Below are positions 36,110 to 48,832 of a stretch of DNA of 64,000 nt, piece after piece. The notes under the pieces were generated by a model. The model did not search any database, was not told the DNA's origin, and saw only the letters and a program-made list of their open reading frames with translations. A program made the position numbers and the translations under genes. Source of the stretch: Massalongia carnosa (Eukaryota). Location: assembly GCA_965645245.1 (NCBI GenBank), contig OZ287074.1:1116001-1180000 (forward strand), in the 5' to 3' direction. Each line of letters begins with the position of its first letter. Positions within the stretch are counted from its first letter, which is position 1.

Positions 36110-36930
36110 AATTAATTCTCTGCTCGAGTTTTCTTCTCATACCTGGAAAAGCCACCATACCCTTTGTTTTTACGCCAAAAGAGACTTGGTCTCCTCAGCC
36201 CCAAATGCGTAGCAGTAGCAGCGATGCTACACAAGCAACGCCCTCCATCTCAATCTTGCTTCCACCCCGAAAGCTGAAGTGATTCCTAGGCCGGAATCCA
36301 CTAGGCTTATAGACTGGCGTCTGGTCTTCGAGCTTAATCATATATATTTTCTTATCATTCATTGCAGCTTTCCGATAAAAATCCATCATTGATGTTTTCC
36401 CCCTGTCTTCTGCCCCTTCCTCTAGACCTTGAAGGTTTATAAATGACGGTTCTGGAGGGCGCTCGACAAGAAAGTAACATCCTCGTTTATACAACAAGGG
36501 TATGGGCGAGAAGGCTGCCTGGCTGTTCCATGCCGTATGCCCGTCGTTGGGATTGCTCTTTCAAATTTTCCTTTAAGAGACGTTCTGGCGGATTTCAATT
36601 TTAAGCCAATCCTTTACAAGTTTCTTATACTTGCCATTACCTATCATATTAACTGTAAATCAAAATGGAATTCAAATAAATGCAACGGCTTGCATAACGA
36701 GAAAGAGATCCAAAGACGTTACTTAGGTGCTGATCGGAGCCCTAACCATAATCGAGAGAAAAATCTCTCGTGAAAGGTCAATCTAGGACTATCAGCTGAT
36801 TCCGAATTCACTCCTCTACATGATTTTCCTACCTTTTTCTCATTATCGCTATATCTACGTTATACCGCAAACCCCATGCCTACTGTATCAAGAAGCTTCA
36901 TTTCTATTTAGGTTTCCTCATCGGTTATTT
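36110..36930 (-). pseudogene. Decayed multi-exon gene of unknown family
   Basis: Protein-like frames (ORF 36195-36497 extends upstream through TAA/TGA) with intron-like gtagg...ctgat...tag and gtaacg...ttacag segments. Confidence 0.35.
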
Positions 36931-37599
36931 CAAATATAGTAAGACTTCCAGGCGAAGGAATATTTGTTTGATTCCTCGTAAACCCTTAGTGCTTGATCTT
37001 CTAAGTGACGATTACTTACTGTGAAGTTTATAAGACATATAAAAGAAGTATTTTCATATTAAGGCCCATCAGATGCTGGGATCAATGCGCGATGAGATCG
37101 TTTGACTATAAGTGTTTTTCTTATTCAAGATTTTTGCTGCGACTTTCCGAGATCAGATGTTTCAGTCTCAAATTGCGTCTATCACTAATCTCATTTGGGC
37201 AGTAGGCCCATTTAAGCTCGACCATGAGCTTCTTCAAAGGACCGGCGGGCCGGCGGACGCTATATGATCATATTGGAGAGCATTGTCCATTGTATTATGA
37301 GAATAGCTATATTCCAATTTCGCTGGGTATGCATCTTTAAGTCTTGAACGAGTATAATGATCATCCTTTATTACCCATCAGAATGTCTTGAACGTGTATC
37401 TTTCATACGCCGTCAGTATCTTCCTATATAACTCTGTACTATGTACTTGGAATTTCAGAACCGAGCGGGTCTAAGTTACGTACGCGCAAACTACCAGTTG
37501 ATTTTCTACAACAAAGCAGTTTTTAACTACAACAGTAATGACTTCCCCTAGCAAAGACATTTAGGTAGCTAACGACAGCCATTGGAAGACATAAGAGAC

Positions 37600-38390
37600 G
37601 CCTTATATATCCATTTTCTAGGTAATAGCCGTTTTTTCTTCGAAATATCAACCTTTTAGCTATGTTTCTTTTGCTAACATCTTCCACTCTTCACCTGGGT
37701 CTACGGTTATTAGGACCGACTCAAACTCGTTCTAACTACTAGCCCATACTTCCCATATAAAGACCTCCCCACGACTGTAGCTTCCACGCCGACCTCAACA
37801 CCCATTTCGTCCGCTTTCTTGATACCTCACTCCACCAGAAGCCTACCTGCGCCACGATCTCGGTGTTCTGGGTGAACGAAACACATGTTAAGTGTTAGAC
37901 AAGCTCAACAAGCTCAATACAGAGACGGCCGAGCAATTAAGAACGGATTCGTGACTTACGCAAGTGAGGTCTCCTCATTCTCTCCATTCTTAGGCTAAAC
38001 CTTGTCCCGGTGCTGCTTCTTCAAACTGTCCCCCTTCCCCTTCCAGCCATCAGTAGGCCGTGAAAGGATGTTTTGATAGGTAGATATATGGATTATTTTC
38101 GTGGATATTCTACTGATCTGCGGCAATTAGAGCTCCAGTATTAGTGTTGATGATTTTGACCAGCGGCTCGAGGTGTCAGCTTCGTGCCATTAAGTTTGTT
38201 GCGCCTTGCTTTCTTGATTCTACACACGCAATTACACCATTACCACGAATCGGATAGAACAGAATGAGGAAAGCATTGAAAGGTGTCTCATAAAAGATTT
38301 GCTGCAATGGGAAGATCTCTCGAAATTGGAGCTTTAAATAACCCTTTAAAGCCTGTGAGACAGACTTTAGAGGGGACACCTGAAGAAACA
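37600..38390 (-). pseudogene. GNAT-family acetyltransferase pseudogene
   Basis: Manual translation gives RMRRPHL|LNMCFVHPEHRDRGAGRLLVE*GIKKADEMGVE...EATVVGRSLYGKYG (GNAT motifs A/B); stops at Trp positions 37827, 38050 and 38110 plus frameshifts; largely absent from the ORF track. Confidence 0.8.
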
Positions 38391-39539
38391 ATGACGAAAA
38401 ATGGGCAATAGCTTATCCAGTCAGTCAGTCATTGATCCACCACTCTTTGACAGTCACCCTTTTCTTGAGTGGCTGAATGACTCGAGCAGACGCCTAAACA
38501 GGGCAGCCAAAAAAAAACCAAACCGCTAGGTGTACGTGCATAGAAGCATTTCGTACACTAACCCATCCCATGTACACTTATTATATACTACGGACCTAAA
38601 TGTGTAACGTGCATTAGATAAAAAATCATCTTGTGTACAATACCTTAGTCACTACGTGACCAACCACCTCCTCTCTTCTTCCTCCAAGCACACTTTTAGC
38701 CATACTAAGCCTCTCAAAGACCTTCTGCCAACCAAACGTACAAATGATGCGTCACAACTGCCTCTCCTTCCACGTCCAATGCTGTTCTCTGTACTCTATA
38801 TTCTCGTCGGATAACCAAGCCCCTGAGCGGGGACTCTAATTTATGGCCCTGCAATTGCCATGTGCTACAAATTACAGATTGTAGATAATTGAAAACGTGT
38901 CTGGCAGGTACATGCGTTATCGTCATTATATGTATCTAATCCGCTCATCCATATCGTGCAGTCTCTCACGAGCTCTAAGGTACCTCTCTTACCGAAGGTA
39001 TCTCGCGAAAAGCGCACATGAAGACGCATACTCCAAAATTTCAGCTCTTTCTTGATTGTGGATCCGAAAATTTCCTTGCTTTCTCAAACAGGGGGTTGTG
39101 ACATATCTATCGTGCAAGTTGCCGAAGATCGGTATATACGCGAGGAGATAAAAGAGGAGAAATACCTGAGCTACGACTCAGTCTTCGGTAAGGGATACAG
39201 ATGTAGATGGGGCGCTAGATGTTTTAATGCAACCCTGCCTGGCTGTGAGGGGAAGTGAGGGAGATCTTTTACGCTGGGTTGGAGGTGAAGGTTTTTAAAC
39301 GAAGGGGGGGGTTCACTGAGGGCAATGAAGATTTGATACACAGATCGTGAATATGGCGAGCATATTGAACGACAAGAAAGTAAAAGAGTAAACAATAAAA
39401 CCAAATATGAAAAAACGATGTCGTCACTCACCTACTTATCTACTCACTACAAGGTCCCAGCCAGAAGTACATCATCATAAACTATCGTATAACATCGCAA
39501 ACCCAAATACCTAAGCCAGAAAGAGAGCGGGAGAGAGAT

Positions 39540-39880
39540 CTACTAAGGGAGGGAGGAAAGAAAGAAGTCCGGGTGTTCTTTTTCTTTTTCTTTTTCTTTT
39601 TCTTTTTCTCCTTGTCTTTTATGTTCTATTCGGAAATAAAAGAATGGCTAGGGGTGAAGTGGGCGTGGGTAATAAGTCATATTTTGGGGTTTATGGGAGG
39701 AGGAAGGTGAGGGTGAGGTTGATAACGGCTCTAATGGGATGGGTGTAAGAGGAAGGAAAGGAGAAAGGGGAAGGAAATGGAAGAAGGGAGGGAATAGGAG
39801 GAGAGGACGGAATTGGAAAATGAAAGGGAAAAATGAAAGATTTCGATATTAAAGATAAAATGGGGTTAGGGAGTAAATCT
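39540..39880. repeat. Low-complexity purine/pyrimidine-skewed tract including (TTTTTC)n
   Basis: (ttttct)n at ~39576-39610 followed by GA-rich sequence. Confidence 0.6.
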
Positions 39881-40048
39881 CTAGAAAATAGACAATCGAC
39901 CTAGGAAACAGGCTAGCAAGTTCAATTTTCTCCTTCTCATCTCAAAAATTTGCTTCATAAGTAGCCCTCTGATATCTAGAAGTTGCCACCTGTTTTATAC
40001 ATCCTGGTGGTCAAAAGTTTCAAACTCTCGTTACCGAAGGAAACCCCT

Positions 40049-40671
40049 TTACTTCTTAGTGTCCTTCTTCCGCAGAATTTCCTCCTCCTCGGCTTTTATC
40101 TCAGCGTCGATCTTTGCGCCTCTGGACGGTTCGTTGCCGTGGTTGCGAGCCTTGGGGGTTTTTTAGCCAGGTTTGTTTTGGTCATGCCGCCCTGGAGGGG
40201 GGAACAGAAATTTAAAGGGACAAGACTGTAATGGTGGAGGGGTTTGCAAAAAAAAAAACATACAGGAAGAGTTGGGTCTTTTTGATATTCGGCTGCTTCT
40301 TGGCTCTTAACTTCGGGCTCGTGCTCACGCTTTGGTACCAACGTCAGCCATCTTATCATCTTGGGGGAAAACCAGCGCTAGACTCCATGAATCAACATGC
40401 CTGCTCTTCCCTCGCAAGCTTATTCGCAATTGTTCGTTCATCTTCTGTTCATCGGAAACCCCATTGTAAGTATTCATCAACCCATCATCACCCATGTTCA
40501 GAAGGCTAAGGCGAGATTAAAAAGATAGAGCGTACTGGAGTCGTTAGCCTTATGACTATTCTTCTGCCCCTCGTGGAAGCGTTGGGGATAGTCAGTCTCA
40601 GAGTCTTTCGGGTTGCGCTGGTCACCGGCTTCATAGATGGTGCGCTGCCCAACGGAGGATATTCCGCTCAT
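40049..40671 (-). CDS. Small 4-exon hydrophilic protein (115 aa), conserved-hypothetical fungal type
   Basis: Exons 40671-40536, 40444-40401, 40329-40264 and 40150-40049 splice to MSGISSVGQRTIYEAGDQRN...KDERTIANKLAREEQ...KDPTLPARNHGNEPSRGAKIDAEIKAEEEEILRKKDTKK*; intron 2 is GC-AG. Confidence 0.85.
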
Positions 40672-40934
40672 GGTTGTGTGGAGGGTTGTGGGTTTTGGGG
40701 TTTAGGAAAGGCGAATGGGATGAGAATGTAGAAGTTGAGAATATAATTGGATGTTGCGTAAAGAATCTGAGTCTATCGGTGAGAAGATTTAGTATTTTCT
40801 TCTTAGACGCAGATGGATATCCGAATTATAAATTATTAGGCCGTTGGGTGATGACGTCGTCGAGGGATATTTTTCAACGTCCCGCCCTTATCGATAGAGT
40901 AGGGCTGAGAGATTTTCTGCCCTATCAGGCCACT

Positions 40935-40949
40935 AATTTTTGCTCATCG
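40935..40949. promoter_or_regulatory. RRPE-like plus PAC-like motif upstream of BCP1
   Basis: AATTTTT directly followed by GCTCATCG (reverse complement of GATGAG), ~45 bp before the BCP1 ATG. Confidence 0.4.
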
Positions 40950-40994
40950 AAATCAAATACAAACTTAAGCGCCTATTCAAGAACTTTTTAGCCC

Positions 40995-41987
40995 ATGGCC
41001 AAACGCAAAGATTATGAAGAGAGCCATTCAAATGAAGAAGGATTCGATGAGAGTAGTTCAAAGGAAAGCAGTAGTGAAGATGTCTCTCGGCCAATTGCTC
41101 CACATCCAAACAAGAGCTTACATATATCCAGGACACCGATATGCTTGACATTGAGTTCGAATGGTTCGACCCACAACCTGAACATGATTTCCATGGCCTA
41201 AAAACGCTATTGCGCCAGCTCTTTGACGTCGATGGACAGCTCTTTGACCTTAGCGCGCTGGCGGATCTCATACTGGGACAGCCGCTCTTGGGATCAACAG
41301 TGAAGGTGGATGGGAACGAGACGGATCCATATGCGTTTTTGACTGTACTGAATGTTCAAGAGCATAAGGTATGTGAGCATCGTGGCTTTCAAAAGATCAG
41401 CTGCTCATTAATGGTTTTAGGATAAATCAAGTGTAAAAGCCCTCGTAGAGTACATGGCTCAACAAGCCACGAAGAATGCAGAGCTGTCACCGCTTAAGGA
41501 CCTCTTGGAATCTTCTAGCGCTGCTCGAATTGGGCTTATTCTTACGGAAAGACTTATCAATATACCCCCCGAGGTTGTGCCGCCCATGTACAAGATGTTG
41601 CTCCAAGAGATCTCGTGGGCGATTGAGGAGAAGGAACCTTACAGCTTCTCCCATTATCTGATTTTGTCGAAAACATATCAGGAAATAGAGTCAACCCTTG
41701 ATCAGGATGTTGGCAAGTCGCACCAAAAAAAGAAGCAGAGGCTAGCTACGAGCAAGGGTGCTAGTCCGTCAGTCTTCTATTTTCACCCAGAAGACGAGGT
41801 TCTACAGCGATATGCTAAATGCCACGCTGGCTTCGACTACGTCATGCAACAAGGGGAAGGCCAGTCGGACGCGAAAAGAACATTTCAAGAGCTTGGAATC
41901 AGGCCACACGGTCATATTATATTGATCGAGGCAGAGAAATTTGAACCAGCCGTGAAGGCGGTTGAGCAATACATTACTCAGAGCTAA
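40995..41987 (+). CDS. BCP1: Bcp1/BCCIP (60S biogenesis, Rpl23 chaperone)
   Basis: Acidic N-terminus; DIEFEWFDP, DFHGLKTLLRQLF, GLILTERLINIP and FYFHPEDE motifs; 2 introns. Confidence 0.93.
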
Positions 41988-42050
41988 AAAGATATAATAG
42001 GGTGATTCACCGTATAGGCTTCAAAATAAAAGAGAATAATAACTATAATG

Positions 42051-42956
42051 TTACGACTTCCATTGCGTTCCATCCAAACGCTGCATTAGGTACTCCACCT
42101 CCACTAACTTGGTCATTGGAATAACGATTTCCTAATATTGTCAACAAGTAGGTAATCAAGCCTTAAGACGATTTACATACCTTGTACATACCAACCACTG
42201 CGCCCACGTTAATCTTCACTTGACCATTGGCTTCAGTGCTCGGATCCGTCCCGTACGTCTTAGCCTTCAATCTTAGCCTGTCCAGTACCTTTCTCTCCAC
42301 GGCTTCGTTGGTGATTGCAGCATCGATGCCTTTTCGATCGCCTGCACGTATCAACGCTACGAACCTCTCTGTCTCCTCCCGAAATTTCGATTCGGCAACA
42401 AACTTTCCAAAATGAATACGTCGGGATAAAGCCTGGAGGCAAGCTACATCGCATGTTGCCGCAGACCCATAATTTTCCTGTTGCTCCCCTCGATCTTCTC
42501 TGCCAAATCCTTGACACACACGAGGTAGGATCACATCGATATAATTCTGTTTGATCTTTTGGTTGACATCTACATTGTTGGGGTAAAGTATATCGGGATA
42601 GTTTAGGGGCTTGAGAATTGGGGTTTGTAGCGCATCTGGAAAGAACGCATATTCATCCGGGGACTCGTAACGGCGGACAAGAGACTGTAGCCGCTCTTGC
42701 TCTCTGAGCATCCAGTCGAAGAGGCTCAAAGGGCTGTTTGGAATCTGCACTCCGCCAGGAATGTATATGGTAGCATTAAGAGGAAATTGTACCCGCTCGA
42801 TTAAATGAAACGTGATGGTATCTTCCAACCGACTGAATGATTGCATTAATTTGGGCTCTGTGAGCTCCTAATGAACGATTCTCACATCAATTGAAAGCGA
42901 ATGTTCGCCAGATCGAAAGCTTTGGAGGTGCTGCAAAGATCGATGGCAGAGTCCAT
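42051..42956 (-). CDS. ARO7: Chorismate mutase (eukaryotic AroQ type)
   Basis: [57 protein letters not shown] and [17 protein letters not shown]; 2 introns. Confidence 0.96.
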
Positions 42957-43322
42957 ATTGCAGGCTAAATGATGACTTCTCGCTGTAGACGGTTTTTAAG
43001 ATGTGCTAAAGACGTGCAAGGGGAGGAATATCCATAACCTGGCAACTTTGTATACAAATTTTGCGCCGGGAGAGTATCACATATAAATGGCTTCATATAG
43101 AAAGGTATCTAAGAATAAACCGAAGCAGGCACAGCAGGGCATGATAAGATTAGATTAATCTGCAAAACTACATACAACTAATTGATTAGCGCTAACGAGC
43201 CGAGGCTTAAAGCTTGGCACGTCATCCTGCGGGCTATTTACTTGCCAGAAGGTCTCGTGTGTAAATACGGATTGAGCGAAGCGGTTCGTAAGAGAACCGC
43301 ACGGCTCTTAAGTTATCATTCT

Positions 43323-45431
43323 ATGGCTAGTCGCAATACCTCTCCATCTGGGCGTCATCGATCCAGCGCAGTCCCAGATTCAGAATCGCTTTTAGGAACT
43401 GCCTTGACTGTAAGCTTTGTGGATGAAGATTTAAGAAAAATGTATTAATATCTTATAGACTCGTCATATAGAAGCCTTCTCGCGAAAGATGACTACAACT
43501 GCTAGTCATTTAATTGGTCCGCTGGGAGATCCGACGACCAGCAGCCATTATCAAAATGCTATGAGCGGATTACAGAAAGAGCTTCGGCGTCCCGGGATAC
43601 AGCAACGGGTATTTTCCTACGCACAAGCATCTCCAACTGAGTTAGTACGGTCAAAACTGTCAAGAACTGAAATACAGCATCGAGTCCTTACCTACCTCCC
43701 AGACGAGTTGTTAGCCAACATTCCAGAGAACGAAAACTTGTACTCGTTATTCCAAGGGTTTCAAGCGACCCTACCGGAAGGAGAAAGCAGGCACAGAAAG
43801 GATCATCGACGGCTAGGTTCAAACGGCCAGAAACTGTTGGGGGACAAGGATAGTGACGTAGATGGATCATTGTCAGTAGCAAAGCTGAAGAAGGATCGAA
43901 ATGATCTCAATCACCGGCTAGAGATGATGAATGTACGGAAAAACATGTGCTCATCCGAGATTCGGGAGATTGACAACAAAATCGCAAATTTAAATAGTAT
44001 GCGTAAGATAGTTCTAGACAGGCTAGGGGATCTAGAACAGGATGAGTCCAATGTTGAACACGAACTCCTCAACTTGGATAACAAATTGGAGGATCTGCTA
44101 GAAGCGCTAGATGATGCTGCGATCTTAGGCCAAGCTGCCACGCCCTCGACAGAAGTTACCTTGGAAACAGAGTCTAGAGGATTAGATACCGAAACGACCA
44201 GTCCGACTTTCATGTCTGCTTCCATTTACGAGAAAATACCTTCGCCAAGAGCGAAAAGGCAAAAGGCAGTACGACGAAAGTCTATGCCCATCAGACACGA
44301 GCATTTTGAGCCTGGATCAAGCATAAGGGAGTTTCAGGCGCATAATGACTTAATAACAGCGCTGGACTTTGATGCGCCTTTTGGCACACTTGTAACCTCG
44401 GCTCTTGATGACACAGTCCGCGTATGGGATTTGAATTTAGGGCGCTGTATTGGTCTACTAGAAGGACACCAAGCCTCGGTGAGATGTTTACAAGTCGAGG
44501 ATAACATTGTAGCCACTGGTTCTATGGATGCTTCTATTCGCTTGTGGGATCTGAATAAAGCAGAATACGCACCACATGAAAATAGAATTGATAAAGAAGA
44601 CGAGGATGAAGAAGACGATGGCTTAGGTTTTGACAACCCGGAAGATCTGCCGCCGCCGCCGCATCCCTCGAGCATGCAAGATTGTCCACTATTCTCGCTC
44701 GAAGCACATGTGGACGAGGTTACAGCGCTACACTTTCGAGGAGATACGCTAGTATCAGGCTCCGCTGACAAAACGCTAAGGCAATGGGATTTGGTCAAAG
44801 GCCGGTGTGTGCAAACGCTAGACGTGTTATGGGCAGCAGCGCAGGCTTCTGCTACTATGAACTCTGGCAATGGTCAATGGCGAAGTACAGGGCGACTCCC
44901 AAATGCATCGGCCGATTTCGTTGGCGCATTACAATGCTTTGATGCTGCACTGGCATGTGGAACTGCGGATGGAATGGTGCGTCTGTGGGACTTACGAAGT
45001 GGCCAGGTGCATCGAAGTTTAGTTGGACATACGGCTCCCGTGACTTGTCTGCAGTTCGACGATGTTCACCTGGTCACAGGCAGCCTGGATCGAAGCATAC
45101 GGGTAAGCAAGCTCATTGTGTGTCGATCACGGCTATGTTAACCAACCTCCCTTAGATATGGGATCTCCGGACTGGTTCAATACACGACGCATACGCATAT
45201 GATAATCCAGTTACAAGCATGATGTTTGACGCGCGGAGGATTGTATCTGCTGCTGGGGAAAATGTGGCTAAGGTGTATGATAAGACGGATGGTCGACATT
45301 GGGACTGTGGTGCAGGAGTTGCCGCTGAAACGGAAGAGCTGACCCCCGCGTCGGTGGAGCGGGTAAGGATGAAGGATGGCTTTCTCACCGAAGGCCGCAA
45401 AGATGGAATTGTGGGTATATGGACATGCTGA
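43323..45431 (+). CDS. MDV1: Mitochondrial fission adaptor Mdv1/Caf4 (coiled coil + WD40)
   Basis: [48 protein letters not shown] and other WD40 repeats; 2 introns. Confidence 0.92.
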
Positions 45432-46146
45432 TTTGGAAAGGCATCCCGTGCCTTGGTTTCGTTGCCATTGCAGGTTGTAAACCCATGGTTTATATTTGTT
45501 CAGTGTATCATTATCCGGCTCCTATTTAAGGTGCCGGTAGGCCTACATTTTGATATACAATGAAAGCTTAGACTCAAGCTGATATATCGTCCTTGGTCTC
45601 ACCTCTCAAATTCTCAACACCGTTGTGGCCTGCTAGGTCAGAAACCTCTACGTGGTGCAGGCTATCAACACCTCCTCGGAGGTGGACAATATCTGATCAT
45701 CGCCAACGCGGAAGCCCACCTTGGGGGCCGTTTGAATGATCAACGTCTCTACTGATCATTCACCACTTCGAAGGCATACAAAGCCCATTCATTCGGAATG
45801 GCCACACTTCCACCCCTTCATTTATACGACACCACGATCTGCCCTCGATCACGGCTAGTCTTCCCTTCATTGAGTCAAAACGGTTAAAGAGAGAGAACGT
45901 TCATCGAACGTGTGGAGATACACTGTCTAGTTCTCAAGTCTACAGGATTCCTAGCGCTTGAAGATCTGGGTGTATGCACCGCGTGGTAGAAGAACGATTT
46001 CGTTACGTTCAATATGGAATAAGGGAGTGGTTTTACCCTGGGGGCCAGGTTTCCACTTTCTGACTGTTGTTTATGTACATAAACAGCAGTCACAGCGTCA
46101 TATCCTTAAGATGCATACGCTTAATGAACTACTAATAATAATCAAA

Positions 46147-48662
46147 GGGAATCAATACCGGGACACCCCTTTTCACTACCTTGACACCCCATTTCACTAC
46201 ATTAACACCCCCCAAGTAAGCTAACCAAATCGGGTTGTTTATCCGTTCCGGAGCTGGAACTTCGAAAATTTCTGCACTCATATCTGCATTCGTCATTGCA
46301 TGCACATTAACCAATCAGCTATCAATATGAATCTTGCCCCTCCCACCCACATGTTGAACGAAACATATGGATCGCTCAATCTTCTTCTTGTCACCATGCA
46401 AAAACACGCAGGCCCTGAGGGGTATGCTGTCTGCCAGCTTCGCACCAAAAAGTGTGCGACCACTGGATTGATAGACACATGTTATATTTGTTGCGACCGA
46501 GGACGAAAGGACCGTCAGCCTCGAGGACAGAAACGCTTACATGGAACCTCCAGGACCATTGACTGTCCTTTCTCTGTAGTGGTCAAGTCTAAAGACGATG
46601 AATGGATAGTTCGCGATATTCGAATTCCAGGCCACAATCACTCTGCTACCGTGGAAGGCTCTCTCATCCATCGCTCAGAAAACTTGCTATCACCCCAGCT
46701 ATAGCTGATGAAATTGTGCGCGCAACGAAGGTGCAAATGAAACCGAGTCAAATCCTTTCGTCTCTTCGGCTCGGTCAGACTGACGATATAAATGACAATA
46801 ATCCTCTTTTCAAGCGACAAGGTATTTACAATGCGAAGGCGGAAATTCGACACAAGGCACTAGGACGACTGACTCCCATTCAGGCGTTGATGCAGGAGTT
46901 AAATCGGCCTCATTGGTATGTACGGAGAAGATGCAATGTTTTACATACTAAATTGCAGTAGGAATTCGTTTTATCTCAAAGACAATCTCGATCGCATAAC
47001 ACATCTTTATTTCAGCAAAGATTCCTGTCAATGCACCCTGATGACCAACCCCGACGTGTTAATCATGGACTGCACCTATAAAACCAACAGATACAAATTA
47101 CCATTGATATCAACAATGGGAACAACGGCCCTAAACACCTCATTTTATGTGGGGTTTGCCTTTCTTCTTCAAGAACGTAAAGAGGACTATGTTTGGTTTC
47201 TTCAACAATTAAAAACCCTTTATCGAATGCTGAATATTTCCTATCCAAAGGTAGTAGTCACCGATCGAGACATTGGCCTCATGGCCGCTATTTACAGTGT
47301 GTTTCCTGACACACGTCATTTGTTATGCTTGTGGCATATTCACAGGAATGTTCAGGAGCATTGGAAACCTGTTTTTAGATATAGTGCTCATTCCGACGAT
47401 GACTGGATGACCTTCGAAAGCATGTGGCATGCGGTGGTTTATTCAAAGACTGAAGAGGAATATGAGGTCAATTGGGACGCTCTGAATGATGATCATTCAG
47501 CGGAAGTGCAGTATCTGGTAGACACATGGCCAGCCCCATATAAACGAAATTCGTCAAGGCATTCGTCGATAAAGTTCTTCATTTCGACAATATTGCTACC
47601 TCTAGGGTGGAGGGGGGCCATGCTGTCTTGAAACATCAGTTGGGATTTTCTACCGGTGATCTCAAACGGTGGTTGACAACATTGATTTGTTACTAAAGAA
47701 TCAGCATCAAGAGTACGTGATAAAACTGGATGAGGCTAAAATGTGCTTTCCTACCCGACTACGAAGACCTCTTTACAGCGATGTAAGGGCTTATATCACG
47801 CCTTTTGCATTTTTGAAGGTGCATAGTCAGTACGAACGTATTTTGGATCAAACGACCCCTCTTTCATTATGCACCGGGGCATTTCGAGCAACAATGGGGC
47901 TACCATGTGCTCATGAAATCCAGGAAAGTTGATAAACTGAAGGAAATAGCCCTGAAAACGTACTAATTCTATTGCAATTAGGTTCGACTTTCTGGCCTGG
48001 CCCCCAATGTGCTTCAGCGCGACGACATTCACATCAAATGGTGGTTTCAGCGCCCCCTTGATCGGGCTTATTATCGCCACGAATCACCACCTCCAAATGT
48101 CATCGATCCTTTGCTATTGGTGCGTGACCCCGAGGTAGTAGCCCAACCCCGAGGGCGTCCGTTAATCGCGATGCGTTTACAATCGGAAAGAGCTCAACGG
48201 GAGGCTAATAACTCTACCCAACGGGAGTTATCAGGGTTCGAACATGTCGAGGAAGTGTTGAATGGGCCTCCGAGGCGAGGGCGGGGGCGAGGGCGGGGGC
48301 GAGGGAGAGGGCGAGGGCGAGGACGGGGCAGAGGGCAGTCACAAGGTGAAAGGGTGGCCTCCGGTGAAGCTATTCAATCGATTGAAGTAGATGGAGTGGG
48401 TTTGCTCCAGGCCTTTCAAATGTAAACACGAAATGAAGCCCAGTTCAATGAAACAATCATCGAGAAAGCATCAAACGACTGTCTAAAACACACCTGAATT
48501 CATCAAATCGAGCATGTTTTCTCCAGTTATTTCTGCGCCCGAGGGAAATTTATACCCGATTTGGTTAGCTTACTTGGAGGTGTTAATGTAGTGAAATGGG
48601 GTGTCAAGGTAGTGAAAAGGGGTGTCAAGGTAGTGAAAAGGGGTGTCCCGGTATTGATTCCC
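46147..48662 (+). mobile_element. Mutator-like (MULE) DNA transposon, complete ends, frameshifted transposase
   Basis: TIRs begin GGGAATCAATACCGGGACACCCC (~90 bp left, ~110 bp right); 8-bp TSD TAATCAAA at 46139-46146 and 48663-48670; MDCTYKTNRY, VTDRD, LCLWH, SRVEGGH and GLPCAH motifs spread over shifted frames. Confidence 0.95.
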
Positions 48663-48832
48663 TAATCAAACAACGTTGGTTTAATGCTCGCTTACTGACG
48701 GGGAAGCGACTAGTTAACCCTAGCGCGTTATCGGCCAAAAACTTCTGCCCTATGACAAAGATTATCTTTGATTTCGGAGCTTAAGTTTGCTCTCCAACGC
48801 TCACCCACAGAATAACTCCAGAACAGTACAGA

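Noticed and set aside
8957..38390. Alternative genetic code (UGA or UAG = Trp) suggested by repeated stops at Trp positions
   Set aside because: Intact genes (VPS15, MDV1, TCP1, ProRS, pyc) terminate with TGA and use TGG for Trp; most affected loci also carry frameshifts or other lesions
38700..39430. Short minus-strand ORFs, possibly another relic gene
   Set aside because: No recognisable homology or consistent exon structure
46147..46235. Short repeats resembling a CRISPR array
   Set aside because: Eukaryotic DNA; the units are tandem without spacers and belong to MULE TIRs
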